DNA of 64,000 bases from the human T2T-CHM13v2.0 reference genome, Homo sapiens. The first letter of the stretch is position 1. Each line of letters starts with the position of its first letter. Below are positions 45,381 to 59,010 of this stretch, one piece after another. The position numbers and the translations under genes were made by a program. Location: assembly GCF_009914755.1 (NCBI RefSeq), contig NC_060928.1; one strand, 5' to 3'. Under the pieces are notes generated by a model. That model did no database searches and was not told the DNA's origin. It was given only the letters and a program-made list of their open reading frames with translations.

Positions 45381-45420
<40 letters not shown>
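45381..45420. repeat. (GT)20 microsatellite
   Basis: Perfect 40-bp run. Confidence 0.98.
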
Positions 45421-45421
<1 letters not shown>

Positions 45422-45718
45422 GGGGGGATGTGGTGGAGGGATGAGGTAGATTTGGATATCTCTTTTCCCACAGTTGAATTCCCTTCCATGCAACTAAGAA
45501 ATCAAAAAAAGCTCCTAAAATGAGTAGCTAACTTAAACATTCACAAAATATTTTTAAAAGAAATACTCAGAAATATCAAAAGGAGTTATCCATGGGTAGT
45601 GTGATAAGAAGTAATTTTAATGTTCTTTTTATGTTTTTATGTAATTTCTCATTTGTTTGCAATGAAAATATGTATATCCTTTTTTAACAATTGGGAAAGT
45701 TTTTTCACTAAAAGTCAA

Positions 45719-45890
45719 GTTTGTTTATTTTTGTTGTTGTTTTTGGTGGTGGTGGTAGAGACAGGGTCTCATGGCTGTGTTGCCCAGGCTAGTCTTGAAC
45801 TCCTGGCTTTGAACTCTTAACTGCAAGTGATCCTCCTGCCTCAGCCTCCCGAAGTGCTAGGATTACAGACCTTAACCACAACACCTGACC
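45719..45890 (-). mobile_element. FLAM / left Alu monomer
   Basis: Single monomer with tail; TSD aaaagtcaa at 45710 and 45891. Confidence 0.85.
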
Positions 45891-47869
45891 AAAAGTCAAA
45901 GTAATATAAATTTTACATTACATCTTAAAATCATCATTAACTGTGTTTGGCATATATTTTATGTAAAACAAATATGAGTTTGTTTGATTTTTTATCTAAG
46001 AAACTAAATAATCAAGGGCTGTTAAGCTGAACCATAGCTAATACTCCTTGCATCTTCTTATCAAGAGCTAACTTTAGTAAAGATTCCTTCAAACCAGTAA
46101 ATAAATGAGGTTGTCTTTGGCTGATACTTTCAGAGTCCTCAGAAGTTTGATTTTAAACTCATGAAAAAGATAAAGCTGAACCGACAGGCTTTACAGTCTT
46201 GTTCATTCTTCACATTTAGTACATTCCTTGAATAGATGGTATTGTCAACAGCTTGTTTAAAAATTGTCTGATATCTGCGCTAAGTTGTTTGGATGACAAT
46301 TCATGAAACCAAATAGAAAATAAACACTGTAGCCTTATGAGTTCTCACCACATATTTTCAATAAATTTTACAAGTTCATGAGTGAAGAAAGATAAAGTTC
46401 TTAGTAATCAGACAATGTATAAACACCAATGGATCACAAACATTTTTGTAAAGAAAATAAAGTAAGGACACCCTCAAAAAATCCTAAAAGCACACAAAGT
46501 TCTCCATTAAGAAAGCAATTCATTTTGCAATGAATATAAAGGGAAACAAAATTATATACACTTTGACAAAGTTAATATATTTCTTTCTACTGTATTGTGA
46601 TATTTTAAGAACTCTATGGCCCATCCAAATGCAGATGTGTAGTTACATCATTAGAAAAGAATAAATAAAACTTTATTAGCTATGGGTCTAACAGAGTCTC
46701 AATGAGACATAATAGATGTTTATTTTTATTCAATTTTTTTACATTATTTTAATGGCTTTATTAATTAAAATAATTACAAAAGTGCCATTGATTCCTAAGA
46801 CAAGACATTCCAAGCACATAATATGTTCTATACAACTGGATATAATTTTGAAATGTGAAAATAAGAATATAATACTTGTGAATTATTTCCAACTTTCAAC
46901 AAAACTTAAATATTCCAGGTTTAACCATGACTTTCCAGGAAAGGAATTGCAAGATGATGTCTGGTTATTGAAACGTGCTTCAAAAGTGGAAAAAAGTAGC
47001 TTTGGGGGAGTTTTTACATTTAACTTTACTCTCAAAAGAACCTAGGACAATCTGCTGCAGTCAACAGATTGGGCAGTGCTATTTTTTGCTGTGCCTGAGT
47101 GTGCTGGCAGGGGAAATGAGGGGACAAAGTCCTCACTTACATTTAGAGAAATGTATTATTTTCATGAAAGTATTTTTAAATGACACACAATAGTTCTAAA
47201 TGTCATGATATTTCTTGTCACCTTAAATGATTAATAGCAAGAATTCTATTATTCCTACAGAAATTATCAGCCATAATTTCAACAATGTTAATTTCTGAAT
47301 TATCAAAAATATTTAGTTGAGTAAGAAAGTAGAGCTCTGAAACTAAAAATACTTACAGGAGCAGAGATAATACTAAATGTTAAAATATAGTATTTGTAAG
47401 ACTTTTTTTTCTCTCCCATGAATATTTAGAAAGCCTTTTTGGTTATTTCAGGCTTCTGTTATACTGAATGCCACCCATTCCAAGTGACCACTGGGAAAGG
47501 GAATTTCATCTCTGCAACCTAGAAATTACTACTCTTAAATACAACACGTCGATAAATAATTGGAAAGCTTCATCTATCATCCTGCCTACTGAACTCCCCA
47601 TGGAATGAAAAACGTCACCTTCTCAAGATGCTTATCTGCCCAACTGACCCTGTAACAAGCCATTTTTCTTTATAAATAGTATTTCATGTGAAAATACTAC
47701 TTTTAGTAGGAAAAATGGGTGGAAGAACCATACATTATGATTTTTTAAATCTGTGGATATAGAAGTGAAGATGGAGATAAAACAGTAAAAATAGATATTG
47801 ATTCCCATGATGTCCATATGATTAGGCCATGAACAGACAGAAAAGGAAAGAGAGAGGATAGAGTTGGAC

Positions 47870-48070
47870 AAGCACTGGCCTATAAGTCCGAAATTTCTGG
47901 ATTCCATCCTCATTACCTCTGACGGCGAAATAATCTCTTGAGGCTTCAGTGTCCTTAACTAAAAATGAGGGGAATACCATCTACCTTGAAAGGCTGTTGA
48001 AGCAATGAGGCTTTAGGCATTTAAAGCAACTAGAATACGCACAGTTAATAAGTAATAGCTAATAAGAAAT
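47870..48070 (+). mobile_element. MIR relic
   Basis: ggcttcagtgtccttaactaaaaatgaggggaatacc. Confidence 0.6.
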
Positions 48071-48199
48071 ATGAATGAATTGCAACAATTTTCTGAAAAA
48101 ATATCTGGATTTATCCCAGAATTATATAGCTTTATACAAGTCAAGGCTTCTTCACATTTATATTACCTGGGTAGTTAATGGTATTGGTTAATGCAGAGC

Positions 48200-48531
48200 G
48201 TGTTTGTGAATGAGATAAGACTTAAACTGGTAAACTTTTCATAAGCAGATTGCCCTGCATAATGAGGTGGGCCCCATTCAATCACTTGAAGGCCTGAATA
48301 GAAAAAAAAAGACCAGCTTCTCTGAACAAGAGGGAATTCTCCAGCAGTCTACCTTCCAACTTTCCCTACACCATCGGCTCTCCTGGGCTTGCAGCCTGCT
48401 GGCAGCCATGCTGCAGACTTTGGACTCACCAGCCTCCATAATCATGTGAGTCAATTCCTTATGATAAATCTCCTTCCACACAGACACACATTCTGCTGAT
48501 TCTCTTTCTCTGCAGAACCATGACTAATACA
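48200..48531 (+). mobile_element. ERVL LTR (MLT2-like)
   Basis: aagcagattgccctgcataatgaggtgggcccc...ccagcctccataatcatgtgagtcaattcctta...gactaataca. Confidence 0.85.
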
Positions 48532-49187
48532 GTGATATTACAAGGCCCAGGTGACCAAATATCTCAGAGACAAGTAACTAAAACAAATACCTCAGAGACA
48601 AGTAACTAAACTTTCCTTTTCAAGAGTCAAAAATCTGTTTGACTCTTGAGAGTCTTTGACTTTTGAGAACATTCTTTTATGTTTGAAATATTCAAGTTAA
48701 GATACTATATTCCTTAAGAAGCTAGGAGAAGTTCGTTTCTATGTACACTTCAAAGCTAGATGTCCAAGGAGTCTAGTGGAGTTCTAAGCTGCATAATGGA
48801 TTCCCATGATGGATTGTAGCTTAAGGTAGTGATCTCAGAATGGATGTCCCCAAAGCAATGGAATTAACATATTATTCAGTTATTTTCCCAGTTGCCCATT
48901 GTAACAAGGAGCGGAGGCTACAGTACCTCCACCTTCTTAGGGTAAGGATTGTTGTAAGAAAAAATTTTAAATTCTTCCATTTAAGCAACATGTAACTAGG
49001 AATATTAGAAAGCATTAATCCATTCACTCATTCCAGAGATATTTTTGTGTACATCTTTCCTGAAAATTTTTGTAATACATTTTGTCCCAGAGCCCACAAA
49101 ATCATATAATAAAATAGATAATGAGCCATCCTGTCCACCAATGAGTCCAGTCCTGGTGTATTACAATGCCCAAAGAAAGCAGAAATC

Positions 49188-49490
49188 TGGTGGGGGCACG
49201 GGAACTTGGGCCTGTAATCTCAGCACTTTGGGAGGCTGAGATGGGAGGATCCCTTGAGCCCCACAGTTCAAGACCAGCCTGAGCAACATGGCAAAACCCC
49301 ATTTCCACTAAAAATATAAAAATTTGCTAGGCATGGTGGCGCATGACTGTGGTCCTGACTACTTGGGATTGCTTGACCCCAGTGGGTAGAGGCTGCAGTG
49401 AGCCAAGATCACACTACTGCTCTCCAGTGTGGGCGACAGAACAAGACCCTGTTTTTTAAAAAAAAAAAAAAAAGGAGAGAAAAAGAAAAG
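49188..49490 (+). mobile_element. AluJ with internal deletion
   Basis: Alu body and poly-A; TSD-like aaagaaagcagaaatc / aagaaaaacagaaatc. Confidence 0.9.
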
Positions 49491-50046
49491 AAAAACAGAA
49501 ATCCCCTTGCCTTAAAAGTTAAATAATGGGAATGTTCTACTTTGATTCAAGAATAGAGCATGCATGCATTCTACATATCTAAAATCCTAAATTTTATAAA
49601 ACAAATAAAGAAATCAAAGGGCAGGGAAATTTTATTCTATATCAAACTGTTCCAAGAATTTGATAGTTTTTGAAGCTGAAAAACCTATAAATACACTGTG
49701 TTGGAACCTCGGCTGTATCATGACAATTTTCCACAGAGAAGTAGTCTAAGGGAAAGTAATTTGTGTAATAGATGTGAAAATGACTCCGGAAATAGCATTT
49801 GCAGACCTAAACTGTATCCATTTTAAGATATGTAGTACAAAGAATTAGGAAGAATGCACTTTCTAACCACAAAAAGAGTAGCCAATTGCCTGTAAAGTAG
49901 TGTATGGCAGGGATTTAATTGATATTTGCATGTCATTATTTTTAGTTAATATAGTATTATTGCTTTGTTTATTATGACACATTACACAACTTTGAGTTCT
50001 GCAGGACACATGGCAGACTTATAATGTATATAAAAACTACCATGGA

Positions 50047-50376
<330 letters not shown>

Positions 50377-50529
50377 TTAGAAATGTTAACCCAGTTGGTT
50401 TAAAAAACATCTTTTTTTTACAGTCCTGAGAAATGCTGACAGCACTGATCACTGGGTGATAGAAATTTGTTCAATTACATGTCCTTAGCTTTTCTTCCTG
50501 GCCCGCTCTATACCTTGACTTTTCCTAGA

Positions 50530-50980
50530 GGGCAGTATAGTCTAGGGCTGAGCTGTCTGAGAAGGTAGACACTAGTCACATGTGGCTATTTCAATTTGAA
50601 TAAACTAAAATTAGATGAAATGTAAATGCCTTTGCTCAGTTGTGCTGTTCACAATCCAGGTGTTCAACAGTCACTTGTGGCTAAGGCTCTGGTATTGTAC
50701 AACAGAGATCTAGAACGTTTTCATCATCTCCATGAGTTCTACTGGACAGCACAGCTCTAGTGGCTAAGGGTGTGGCCCCCGTGGCTAGGTTGTATCAGTG
50801 CGAAACCCGGCTCAAGCACTTTAGAACTGTGTAAGCTTAAATGAGTTTCCTTGTCTTTCTGTGCCCCAGTTTCCTCACCTGAAAAATGAAAACACTATTA
50901 GAGTTTTAATTAAAATGTGTAGAGTACTGAGGACAGTGGCTAGCAAATAATATATACCACACTGAGTTTTGTCTATCATT
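50530..50980 (+). mobile_element. MIR interrupted by MER3
   Basis: ggcagtatag ... tggctaag ... ctgtgccccagtttcctcacctgaaaaatg. Confidence 0.7.
50548..50754 (+). mobile_element. MER3 (hAT-Charlie)
   Basis: ctgagctgtc...cactagtcacatgtggctatt...ggacagcacag; 8-bp TSD-like gtctaggg / ctctagtg. Confidence 0.8.
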
Positions 50981-51514
50981 TTTCCACCCGAAGAGTCAAG
51001 CCAAAGCAAAAGTCTTAAGAGGTCTAAAGAGGAGTGAATCTGAGATGATGAGTTAGACCATCTCTGGAGAGACAATGGAAGTCATCATTTCTGTTTTCCT
51101 TTCAGTGAGGTTGCACCCGTGTCTTAGCCTTTGTAGTCCAGCTACATCCCTTTCACAGGGCCTCATATCTGTCTTTTCCATGGGTCTTAAACATGATTTG
51201 GACTTGGAGTATTTTCTACATATCTAGGGCAAGAGTAGAACTTTACCCTGGCTGCCTGATGGCAAACAGCCAAACCTTGTAGTAATGGAACAAAAGAGAG
51301 ATAGCCAGGGACTACAGTAAATTAACAGCAGTGCTGAGAAGGTACTACAGGCGCTGTGAGGGCCTAATAATACTTAAGTCAAAGGACCAGACAATGACCT
51401 CAAACACAGATAAAACACCCTGTGTCTACTTGAGAATCCAAAACAAATTCCATGATTTTTCGTAAGAGTCCTGAGAAGTAGAGATGAATCACCCTATTCT
51501 CCAAAACACAATAC

Positions 51515-51653
51515 CTGGAAGAAAAGTCCCTTGGCCTTCGCCACATAGATAATCCATGGCTGGACGAAGCCTGCACTTGACCTCTGGACTTTTCAAGCCA
51601 GTGCTGGAGATGAGAAGCAATTCCATCTGTTCCAACAAGCCCACATACCACAC
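51515..51653 (-). other. Candidate 139-nt exon
   Basis: Minus strand: ttttcctttctcccatggaccccagtaacag|GTGTGG ... CCAG|gtattg. Confidence 0.3.
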
Positions 51654-52063
51654 CTGTTACTGGGGTCCATGGGAGAAAGGAAAATCTAGTAAGTTCATTT
51701 GAAGGGGTAGCTTATTTCAATATGCGGTGTCCTTTGCTTTATTCAACAAATATTCAATAGCAAATATAGAATATGTTTACAAAAATAGAAAATGGTAGAC
51801 TATGGAACCAGGAAACTCACATTTAAATCCCAGCTGCATAAGTTTCTAGCTTAAATACTCACTTCTTGGGATTTTAGTAGGACTGGAACAAGCTAATACA
51901 TGTAAAGCATTAAAAATAGTGTCCAGTATGTATCACATGTTCAAATACAATGTTAGCTATCATATATTTTCATCAGTACAGAGGTAAGACAAAATCTTTT
52001 CAGGAAGATTTATTTTCAGGTTTTCAGTTTTATTTATGAGTATCCAATCTATCTCTGGTTCAC

Positions 52064-52388
52064 CTGACTGTGACATCATTTGGCTCTATTCTTAATCAGT
52101 AATAAGGAATAACTTCATTCCAAGCAGTAACAACAGCCAAAACAAAGCTGTTTGGCTCCATCTGTTTCTACTGATGGAGCTTGCTTCAATCACTGTAATG
52201 AGTAAACGATCCATTCCTGAACATCTAGATCCAGTGTTGTATGAAGCAGGGTTTTGGAGAGCTGTGACTGGGGACATGGTAGTATGCTGGAGCTGGCTCT
52301 CATGGTCTATGGAGAGCCCATTGTGTGTATCTCTTTCCAGCTCTGCCTTCAGTGACGTTAAAATTAGCTTTTGTGGAAATAGTTACAC
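52064..52388 (-). other. Candidate exon or decayed coding exon
   Basis: Acceptor tttgtctattttcaag|; about 96 open codons ending in a hydrophobic stretch; donor weak (CAG|gtgaac). Confidence 0.3.
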
Positions 52389-53860
52389 CTTGAAAATAGA
52401 CAAATACTCGGGTAAGGGCTGAACCCTCACCAGAGACCCAGTTGTAAAATACCAACATGCTGCTAGGGCAACCCCAAATAGGTCCCACAGAATTCCATGG
52501 ATGGGCGCCATAGTGCACGTGCGTCGTACAAAACCGAATGCTCTACAATATACATTAGAAGAACCTCTTGAGGATATTGGTCATCAAAATTTAAAAATTC
52601 CTGTTCTAGAGGAGCCATTAGCCAAATTTCTCTTGGATATACCAGAAAGACACATGTTCTGTCTTCATTTTATCCTATGGACAACAGACTTTCCCTCTTT
52701 TGATGGATGTTAGAGAAATTATAGATAATTTTTGAGCCATCAATAAATAAAATGTAGGGCTTAACAATACAAATTCTGTGTAAGAATCTCACCAAAGCGT
52801 CACCTAATTTTTCTACTTATATTTCATTTGCTCGAATTCATATCACTATTTCTATTTTTAATCTCTTCTTTTTATTTGTTTATACTCAAATTTATGTTAT
52901 CTCTGGTAAGTACAGTTTTACAGTAAGTTTTAAACCAATAGTTAAGCTGTTTTAATTTGGTTCTGTCAAATTCCAAATGATTTCTCAGTCAAATAAAAAT
53001 TTTTGAAGTACTTAGTTGAAGATTCAATGAGATAAGAAGCCATCTACCAGTTAAAAAGTACACAGAGGTGTTCAATTGATTCAGCTCAATTGGAAGGTAC
53101 AAAAGAAAGTTGATTAATCCCTCCTCTAATTCTAATTTGTAAATTTTTAAGTATTCATTTCAACTGAATACTATGTCCCTGAACAATTTAATGTAATTTT
53201 AATCCCAATTGTATTTTAAGAAAGAAAAATACATTTTTAAATAGAGTTGGAGAATAAGGACAATTTGGTACAAGTAAGAATGTCAAGGCATTCATTATTC
53301 TCTAATATAAACATGAGAATAAAATAAACTATGTATTCTAGAGTACATATAGTCAGAGATTACTTCACAATATTTCAATGGGAAAGTAAACAGAAATTAC
53401 TCAATATTCTCTATCAAAATACAGCCTATCAAAATATATTTAGCAATTGTTCATATAAGCGTAGGGAAAAAGACAGAAAAATATATTTTTTTACTAGAAC
53501 AGCTTCCAAAAACACCCTTAGTTTTTCGGAATGTGCACCTTGGAAATGTTCAGACTGAATGCTCAGGCTTAAAAGCAGGCTGGCAAATGAAGTTACAACA
53601 CATGAACAGGTGTGTTTTACCCACTATTACAGCCTCTTATCTCAGTGGGTTTCTATCAGTTCTTCTCCACCCACACCACTTACTGAACAAAAATTCTGTG
53701 CTTCACACTAAGCTAAGAGCAAAGGCAGGTAAGAAAGCCATATACGACAAGGGTACCTGCTCTCAAGTCCATTAATTATTTTACACTTTAATTGAACAAA
53801 TTCATAGGTAAGTCCCTACCATGTATTTATGTACCAGGCATGCAACAAGATGATTACAGT

Positions 53861-54150
53861 ACCATCATTCTCAGCAAACTAACACAAGAACAGAAAACCA
53901 AATGCCACATGTTCTCACTCATTAGTGGGAGTTGAACAATGAGAACACATGGACACAGGGAGGGGAACATCACACAGCAGAGTCTGTCAGTGGGTGGGTG
54001 GGTAGGGGAGTGATAGCATTAGGAGAAATACGTAATGTAGATGACCGGTTGATGGGTGCAGCAAACCACCATGGCACGTGTATACCTATGTAACAAACCT
54101 GCACGTTCTGCACATGTATCCCAGAATTTAAAGTATATATATTAAAAAAA
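53861..54150 (+). mobile_element. Short L1PA 3' end
   Basis: accatcattctcagcaaactaacacaagaacagaaaacc...gcacatgtatcccagaatttaaagtat. Confidence 0.93.
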
Positions 54151-54266
54151 TCAATAGTAGGTTCTCATAAAAAATAAGTAAATAAAGACAAAAAATAAAG
54201 TTATAAAAACATCATAATTTTTGTTTGTGCCTACCTTTGTAACATTAATGTAACTTGTAATCCTAA

Positions 54267-54629
<363 letters not shown>

Positions 54630-55841
54630 TAATTGTGAATGCTGGAGAGCATTGCCTATTTTGCTTTCCTGTAAAATATTAGTTGGGCCATATAAAATAC
54701 TTGAATGGCATCATTCACCTTCAAAGTACTTTTTAAATGGTAGCCAATGAAAGAATAAAATCTCCACAAAGTTTAGGAAACCACTGTTGATTCAGAGGCA
54801 TGTTTACTGTTCCACTCTGTAGCATTAGGTTACAGATGTGCAAATTATGATTGTATTTGAAGTGTATTTTCAAAGCCACTACCCTTGAGAACCATAAAGC
54901 CACTTTCAACATCTGTCTCTAAATTCAATTGCTAACTGATAGGGTGACATGTAAAAATGGCTAAAACTGTATTCTAAACAAAGGTATTGGTCTTCCCCCC
55001 ATTCATTGACCAGGAGGACAAGTTTCCTCAGATCTCTAGAGGTCTCTGGAGAATGCTTGCCTCTAGACACTTTGAGTGTATATTAGCAGTCCATTAAGCC
55101 TGAATCTAGATCACATCTTGAAATAAACTAGGGTGTGATCTACTCACATCTGTGTTATCTACATTGCCACAGCACTAAGGTTTCCAAAAGGAGGCATAGT
55201 TTACACTAAAAGAAACCTTTTTGGTTTCACTCAACAAAATCACAGTTTACTCTCTTACTGCTGCCTTTACAAAAAGCTACTCAGATCCATTTCCATTCCC
55301 ACCAAACATAACCGGAATTTGTTGTCTTCAAATGAAGGCTGAATTTCACCTACCTGCAAATGTAAAAAATGAATGAAGAACATAATGAGTGTCTGAATAT
55401 ACAATAAAATTGCCTGGAATCCCAGGTTTTTTTAAAAAACAGTTTCCACTGAATCTGTCAAAAACACTTAAAAACCCTATAGTTACAATATAGGTAGGAA
55501 TAGTAGACGGAAGGAAAACTAAATTATTCTACAAAATCAATTCAAGAAATAGTGACTAAAAACAGAGATTTTGCCAAGAATTCAAAGGAAACTCAAAACA
55601 ATTATAAAAGTAACTATCCTCAAAATCGCTGGGTAGATGGGGCCAGGAACTCATGGGAACTCTCTATATTCACATTTTATAAACAGTCATGTCCCCATCT
55701 TCATTCTGCACAGCTTAACGTTATACACATTATGAGAGCTCAGGGAACAGCCAGCTTCACACATTATGATTCAGGTACTGCACATGATCCTTGCATGCTT
55801 GCCATCTAATAACCTCTCATGCATCTAGAAATGATCCTGAA

Positions 55842-55880
55842 TACACACGTACACACATGCACACACACACACACACACCC
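55842..55880. repeat. Interrupted (CA)n
   Basis: Seen directly. Confidence 0.85.
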
Positions 55881-56309
55881 CACATACGCACAGTTCAGTG
55901 ACTGCTGCAATTACAGAGGCTTACTTAAAATTACCTAAGAAGAAGATAACAGAAAGGATGAGAAGAGCATCAGAGCTTTAGGAGAACTGGGATGTGGGGA
56001 TTGTGCTACTTCACTCACTAGAGATGTATGCACAATAAATTTTAAGACTAGGCTTTGCTACTCTGTGTGACAAAAGAGTCAATTATTGAAATTCACTGGA
56101 CACATTCCTGCCTCTCCACCACTGCCTGCCCCGCTCCACACACATGCAAACATATTGATATGAAATTAGTAGAGTGAAAGGAACTATTTTAGAGGTAATA
56201 TAGAAATGGCCAATCATCTGTCCAGGATGGTTTTACAAAGGGTTATAAATAGAGGAGGGCTGAAAATGCAAATCCTAAGAGTCTGAGTATCTGTTCTCTT
56301 TAATTATAG

Positions 56310-56500
56310 TAACTAATATTAATTAGGAAATTACTGTCTGACATTGTTCTAAGCAATTTATACATTAAATGTATTTAATCCTCAAAATAACCCTATGAGA
56401 AAGAAACTATTATCCACATCCCACTTTACAAGCAAGAAAATTGAGGCACAAAGAGGTTAAGTAAATTAACCATGGTTACATCGTCACTAAGTAGCATCCT
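56310..56500 (-). mobile_element. MIR relic
   Basis: cccactttacaagcaagaaaattgaggcacaaagaggttaagtaa. Confidence 0.75.
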
Positions 56501-56843
56501 CATTGAATAGGACCAAATCATAGTCAAATATTCTACTTTGGAATTTACAAATGTCCTGACTTGTTTTCTTAAATAAGCTCCTGTTAAGTCACATCAATTG
56601 GGACCAATGTGTTTGAATTAAACTTTTTAAAATAAACTTGACATACTTGGAGTCAATTTTCAAATAATTGTTATATAAGCAAATAAAAAAATTAAACTAG
56701 GATTCTAGGCATAGAATTTAGCTGTTTTGTGGTGAGTCAGATATTGCTTTGAGATCCTTCAGAGTTTCAAGCTCATAATTCTAAATTCCACTATAGGATA
56801 ATCCCCTGATGAAGTAAATAAGAACAAGATGGGCTAAATCTGT

Positions 56844-57071
56844 CCCATTTTTTACATTTGTATTTTATTTTATTTTAAGTTCTGGGACACTTGTAGGATG
56901 TGCAGGTTTGTTACATAGATAAACATGTGACATGGTGGTTTGCCGCACCTGTCAACCCATCACGTAGGTATTAAGCGCCAGATCCATTAGCTATTTATCC
57001 TGATGTCTCCGCCATCCCCCAACCCTGTGTGTGTTGTTCCCTTCCCTGTGTCCATGTATTCTCATTGTTCA
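56844..57071 (-). mobile_element. Short L1PA 3' end (older L1PA)
   Basis: gtgcaggtttgttacatag...tgtgtccatgtattctcattgttcagct; TSD gctaaatctgt at 56833 and 57072. Confidence 0.9.
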
Positions 57072-58487
57072 GCTAAATCTGTTTTAAGACCAATACTGAT
57101 AGTCACATTTTAAGCTATCATAATATAATTATCCCACATACTAGCTTCTGACCCTAAATAAGACACTTACCTTCTGTAGACATGATCTGTAAAATATGAA
57201 AACAAAATTACACAAGATCTCTTCAAATTCTAAAATTCTGTGATGCAATGACTAATCCCACAACATGCCACATCAGGATATACAAAATTCATGGTATTTT
57301 AAAATATGAAGTTGTTTCAATTTTGGAAGAATGATAGTTGCTTCCAAGACATAGCTACTTTTCCATTATGAATTAGGGACAAAAGCAAATAATGTAATTT
57401 GATGAGGACATACTGTTTAATGCACAAGAATGTCTATGTTACACAATAATATTCAGCATACCAATGTGCTAATTTCTGAAACTTTATTAACCGAAACTTT
57501 CTTCAAATGTAGCTGACAATACAAAACACATTTTGAGCTAATGGACTGTCAGTTGCAAACATTATTATCTGGTTATCACTCATCAGTTGCATACAAATCC
57601 CTTTATTGGAAACTTATCATCCTCTCGAAATATGCAAATTTTCAAAATGCTTACAAAACTCACCTTTAGATTACTTTTAAAGAAGAATGTTCATTCAACA
57701 AAAATCAAAATAAAACTGATTTTCTTTTTTTGGCCAGCATATAGGAGTTCAGAAGTCACTACTGCATTCTAAAAACAAATAGAAAGCTGAATAAATTAAA
57801 AATCAACAGCTCTTCTTAGGTCCATGAGAGAATTGAGGTCTTGAGACAAATGGACACCCCCCAAAAACTGGAGAGACAGATAAGCAGACACAGAAATCCA
57901 ATTCCCTGGAGCAGAAATCTCTGCTGGAACTAGTACTGGGATTGAAATCTAAAGCTGTAATTTATGAATTGCTGGAGACTCAGTTTGGACAAGTTTGAGA
58001 ATTAAAATCTCCCAGTGGGGCCTTCCTAGGAGGTCCCCACACTTTTCGGAGTTCTACCTTCAGGAGCCCTACCAGGTTCTCACAGAGAAGATCAGAGAAA
58101 AATCGCCTATAGCTTCCAATGTGTGAGTGGGTGGAGAGTGAGAGAGCAGCTCTTTCGAAAAACACCAGAGCTTTCTGTTCTCAGCAAGACCTACCCTCAA
58201 GGGAAAATATTCTGCCAGTGCCTACCCAACCTCGAAGAAGGGAAAGGCTCAATTTCAGCCCACTCTAGCCTTCCTGTTTCACCTAAGCAGGGAAGGTACC
58301 TGCAAAGTTACAGCCCAAGGGCACAGGCTCAGTAAAAAACTGAGTCCTAATTACAGGACAGGACAGGACAGTGCTGCCCCTCACCCAACCTTACCACCAC
58401 AGCAATAGGGCTCTTGTATATTAACAGGGGAGCACAACTGAAAATGTTCACGTCTCAGGCCTTACTTAAGAAATTTCTAGGGAACCA

Positions 58488-59010
58488 GATGTTGCCAATC
58501 TGGTTAAAGTCTTTGGCCCTACAATAGTAGCCCATGCTGTGCACCATCCGGACCCAGTGACAATGTTACAGGACATCAAGCATCAACCCAAGGTGATCGA
58601 GCACCTGCTTTCTTTGCCCCTGGAGTATTGGAGTCAGTTCATGATGGTGGAACAAGAGAACATTGACCTCCTATATGTCATTGAAAACTCAAATGCCTTT
58701 TCAACACCACAGACACCAGAAGTAAAAGTGAGTTTACTGGGTCCTGTGGCCACTCCTGAACATCAGCTTCTTAAGACTCCTTCATCTAGCTCCCTGTTGC
58801 TGAGAGACCACTCCACCCTCACCAAGAACACTCCCAAGTGGGAGCAAAAGCAAGCCTGCCACCAACCTAGGACAATAAGGCAACCTTTTTTGCTTCTCCA
58901 ATGCGCAAGTGAAGTCACAGCTGCCTATCACTTCCCAGCAGTGACTGACTATAAGAAAGGACATCCCTGTACTCTCTGCTCTGCAGCCTCCTGTACTCAT
59001 TACTACTTTG
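58488..59010 (+). pseudogene. RACGAP1: Processed pseudogene fragment of RACGAP1 (end of RhoGAP domain, C-terminal tail, about 100 nt of 3'UTR)
   Basis: Translates [18 protein letters not shown]...[36 protein letters not shown]...[35 protein letters not shown], recognised as the RACGAP1 C-terminus; intronless; frameshift near 58838, TAA at 58876, ancestral TGA at 58910-58912; flanking 11-bp direct repeat tttctagggaa. Confidence 0.93.

Noticed and set aside
46716-47045. 109-aa ORF with hydrophobic N-terminus
   Set aside because: Very AT-rich composition, no recognisable domain and no supporting splice or promoter context.
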